Made by a program: the position numbers and the translations under genes
Notes under the pieces: generated by a model
Database searches by the model: none
The model's input: the letters and a program-made list of their open reading frames with translations, nothing else
What the model was told of the DNA's origin: nothing
Part shown: positions 39,256-40,732 of the stretch, piece by piece
How the letters are laid out: every line of letters starts with the position of its first letter
How positions within the stretch are numbered: the stretch's first letter is position 1
IMG/VR virus record: IMGVR_UViG_3300028608_000002
Length of the DNA stretch: 40,732 nt
Strand: one strand, 5' to 3'
Source: a virus

Positions 39256-39381
39256 TCAGCGTTGCTTCCGCTTGGCCATCAGGCGGTTGACGGCGTCGCA
39301 GTACCGGTTGAAGGCGATGGCGAGCCACGGCATGGCGAGGAAGAGCGCGGCGAGGGACGCGAGCGTGATCAGGTAGGGCAT
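39256..39381 (-). CDS. Small single-TM protein (41 aa)
   Basis: ATG 39381 has an AAGGAGAA SD. The sequence is MPYLITLASLAALFLAMPWLAIAFNRYCDAVNRLMAKRKQR. Confidence 0.55.
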   Translation of the reverse strand: MPYLITLASLAALFLAMPWLAIAFNRYCDAVNRLMAKRKQR

Positions 39382-39383
39382 GG

Positions 39384-40019
39384 TCAGTTCTCCTTCGTGG
39401 TGGGCTGCTCGGTGCCGTCCAGGGCGCGGCGGACCATGCGGTCGTGGTCGTGCCAGCCGGCTTCGTAGTCGCTGGCGGGCTGGCCGGTCGCTCCGGCGAT
39501 GAGCGGCGGCCGGTCGTCCAGCGCTTTGCGTACGCGCTCGGTGGCGGCTTGCGCCTGGTCGCGCTGGACGCGGAAGCCGTCTGCGCGCTGCTCGGCGTCC
39601 TCGAGCTCGGCGGCGAGGCGGTCTATCTCGGGGACGATCGTCTGGACGTGCTGCCGGTTCCCGCGGGCGACGGCACGGGCGGTGTCGGCTTCCCGCATCT
39701 CCGTCTCGACGTGGTGCCGCAGCGTGCGCGCCTCGTCCTCGGTGAGCGTCCGGCCGCGCTGGAGGCGGGTGAGGAGAACGAGCAGCGACTCGCGGCGCGC
39801 CCACTTCAGCGCCTGGTCCTCGTCGGCGGCCGTCGTCTGTCCGGCGATGGGCGACGGGGTGTCGGGGGCCGTCGTCGGTTCGGGGCGGACGCCCGTCGGG
39901 TGGTAGCCGGACGGGGCGTCGGCGCGTGTCGACACGGCGTCGGCGATGCGTCGGACCTGCGTCGTCAGGGCGTCGAGGGCGCGGACGAGGTGTCGGGCGT
40001 CGGGGCTGGTCTGGCTCAC
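39384..40019 (-). CDS. Hypothetical coiled-coil protein (211 aa)
   Basis: ORF 39384..40259 trimmed to GTG 40019 (GAAGGA SD, GTGA overlap). Confidence 0.65.
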   Translation of the reverse strand: MSQTSPDARHLVRALDALTTQVRRIADAVSTRADAPSGYHPTGVRPEPTTAPDTPSPIAGQTTAADEDQALKWARRESLLVLLTRLQRGRTLTEDEARTLRHHVETEMREADTARAVARGNRQHVQTIVPEIDRLAAELEDAEQRADGFRVQRDQAQAATERVRKALDDRPPLIAGATGQPASDYEAGWHDHDRMVRRALDGTEQPTTKEN

Positions 40020-40216
40020 GGGTGGTCCTTCGGGTCGGGTGGGGTGGGGAAGTCGAGGGCGGCGAGGGTGGCGTTGAAGCGGGCGAACTCGGCGCGGATC
40101 GCGGCGTCGTCCTGCTCGGGAGCGGCGCCGATGGGGACGTGGCGGATGCGGGCGGTGGCGTGGCCCCAGGTCCAGCCGGCGGCGAGGGCGAGGAGGACAG
40201 CGAGGAGGGTGGTCAC
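40016..40216 (-). CDS. Small membrane protein (66 aa)
   Basis: ORF 40016..40618 trimmed to GTG 40216 (GTGA overlap). The TM helix is TTLLAVLLALAAGWTW. Confidence 0.55.
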   Translation of the reverse strand: MTTLLAVLLALAAGWTWGHATARIRHVPIGAAPEQDDAAIRAEFARFNATLAALDFPTPPDPKDHP

Positions 40217-40732
40217 GGCTGCGCCCCGTCCTGCCGCGCCCCGGCGGCGGGCTGCGCACTGCGGGCTGCCTTCCTGACCGTGCGGCGGGCCAGGTCTGCG
40301 GCCTCGTGCCAGACCTGCGCCTGCTCCTCCAGGTCCCGGCGCATCTCCTCTTCGGCCTCCACGGACAGCGCCTGCGCTTTGGCCTGGAGGGCGGCTACGA
40401 CCTGGTTGACGACGGTGGGCCCTGAGGCGGGCTGGTCGTCGGCCAGCTCCCGGCATGCCTGGCAGGAGTCGGGGCCGACGGGGATGGCGTGGACGCAGCA
40501 GTCCACGCCGTCGTCGCGGCGGTAGTGGGCGGGCGGGGTGAACGACGGCGTCTCGGTTGCCGTCTCGTCGGCCATGCGGCGCAGCAGCTGGGAGGCGTGG
40601 ATCGTGCCGACGTCCCATGCCTCCCGCATGCTGCCCATGTTCTCGTCGCCTTCCTCGCCGACCATGACGTCGTACTCCAGGGCGAACACGGCGTCGGCGG
40701 CTTCGCGGAGGACGGCGGCCCGGTCGGCGGGC
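40213..40732 (-). CDS. 3' part of the junction-spanning 244-aa hypothetical protein (nt 40606-40732 duplicate nt 1-127)
   Basis: ORF 40213..40689 is the same frame as the ORF running out of nt 1 on the minus strand. It contains a CCVH...CQAC motif. Confidence 0.75.
   Translation of the reverse strand, partial: PADRAAVLREAADAVFALEYDVMVGEEGDENMGSMREAWDVGTIHASQLLRRMADETATETPSFTPPAHYRRDDGVDCCVHAIPVGPDSCQACRELADDQPASGPTVVNQVVAALQAKAQALSVEAEEEMRRDLEEQAQVWHEAADLARRTVRKAARSAQPAAGARQDGAQP
40606..40732. repeat. Right copy of the exact 127-bp terminal direct repeat
   Basis: Identical to nt 1-127. Confidence 0.97.

Larger units (their letters stand above)
1..40605. mobile_element. Complete temperate tailed-phage (siphovirus-like) genome, circularly closed. 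Unit length 40,605 bp.
   Basis: The window holds a full set of packaging, head, tail, lysis, integrase/immunity and recombination/replication modules. It has an exact 127-bp end duplication. Confidence 0.85.

Overview
The window is one complete, circularly closed genome of about 40.6 kb. It belongs to a temperate siphovirus-type phage or prophage of a visibly high-GC actinobacterium (Streptomyces-like codon usage). Nt 1-127 are identical to nt 40606-40732, so the unit length is 40,605 bp, and one gene is cut by the linearisation point.

Almost all genes are on the minus strand, often linked by ATGA/GTGA/TGATG start-stop overlaps. Reading the minus strand from about 34,500 downwards:
- Packaging and structure: terS, terL, a portal-MuF fusion, three small genes, an HK97-type protease, a 357-bp non-coding gap, the major capsid, head-tail joining genes, the major tail protein, G/GT chaperones with a canonical -1 frameshift, the tape measure, Dit and minor tail proteins.
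- Lysis cassette: amidase, holin and three small membrane or coiled-coil genes.
- Lysogeny and accessory region (10.0-13.9 kb): a GntR regulator with a divergent pair of Cys-rich proteins, an insulated XRE gene, an attP-like repeat region, a tyrosine integrase, a low-GC islet, and a CI-like/Cro-like switch with about 12 TGTCCA/TGGACA half-sites.
- Early genes: RecT, a ParB-like nuclease-domain protein, a replication organiser with internal iteron-like repeats, a MazG-like protein and a WhiB-like protein.
- After wrapping through the junction, the right arm: a plus-strand HTH plus Xis-like island, a five-gene membrane-protein cassette, a lipoprotein moron and an aberrant tRNA-like gene.

I saw no CRISPR array, rRNA, transposase, reverse transcriptase or hallmark enzyme of a known defence system. 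The best candidates for something undescribed are:
- the GntR / CTAG-palindrome / Cys-rich cassette
- the membrane cassette with DNA-binding tails
- the low-GC islet next to int
- the non-coding protease-capsid gap, which shares a 17-mer with the region upstream of terS

All functional calls come from motif recognition by eye. No database search was run.
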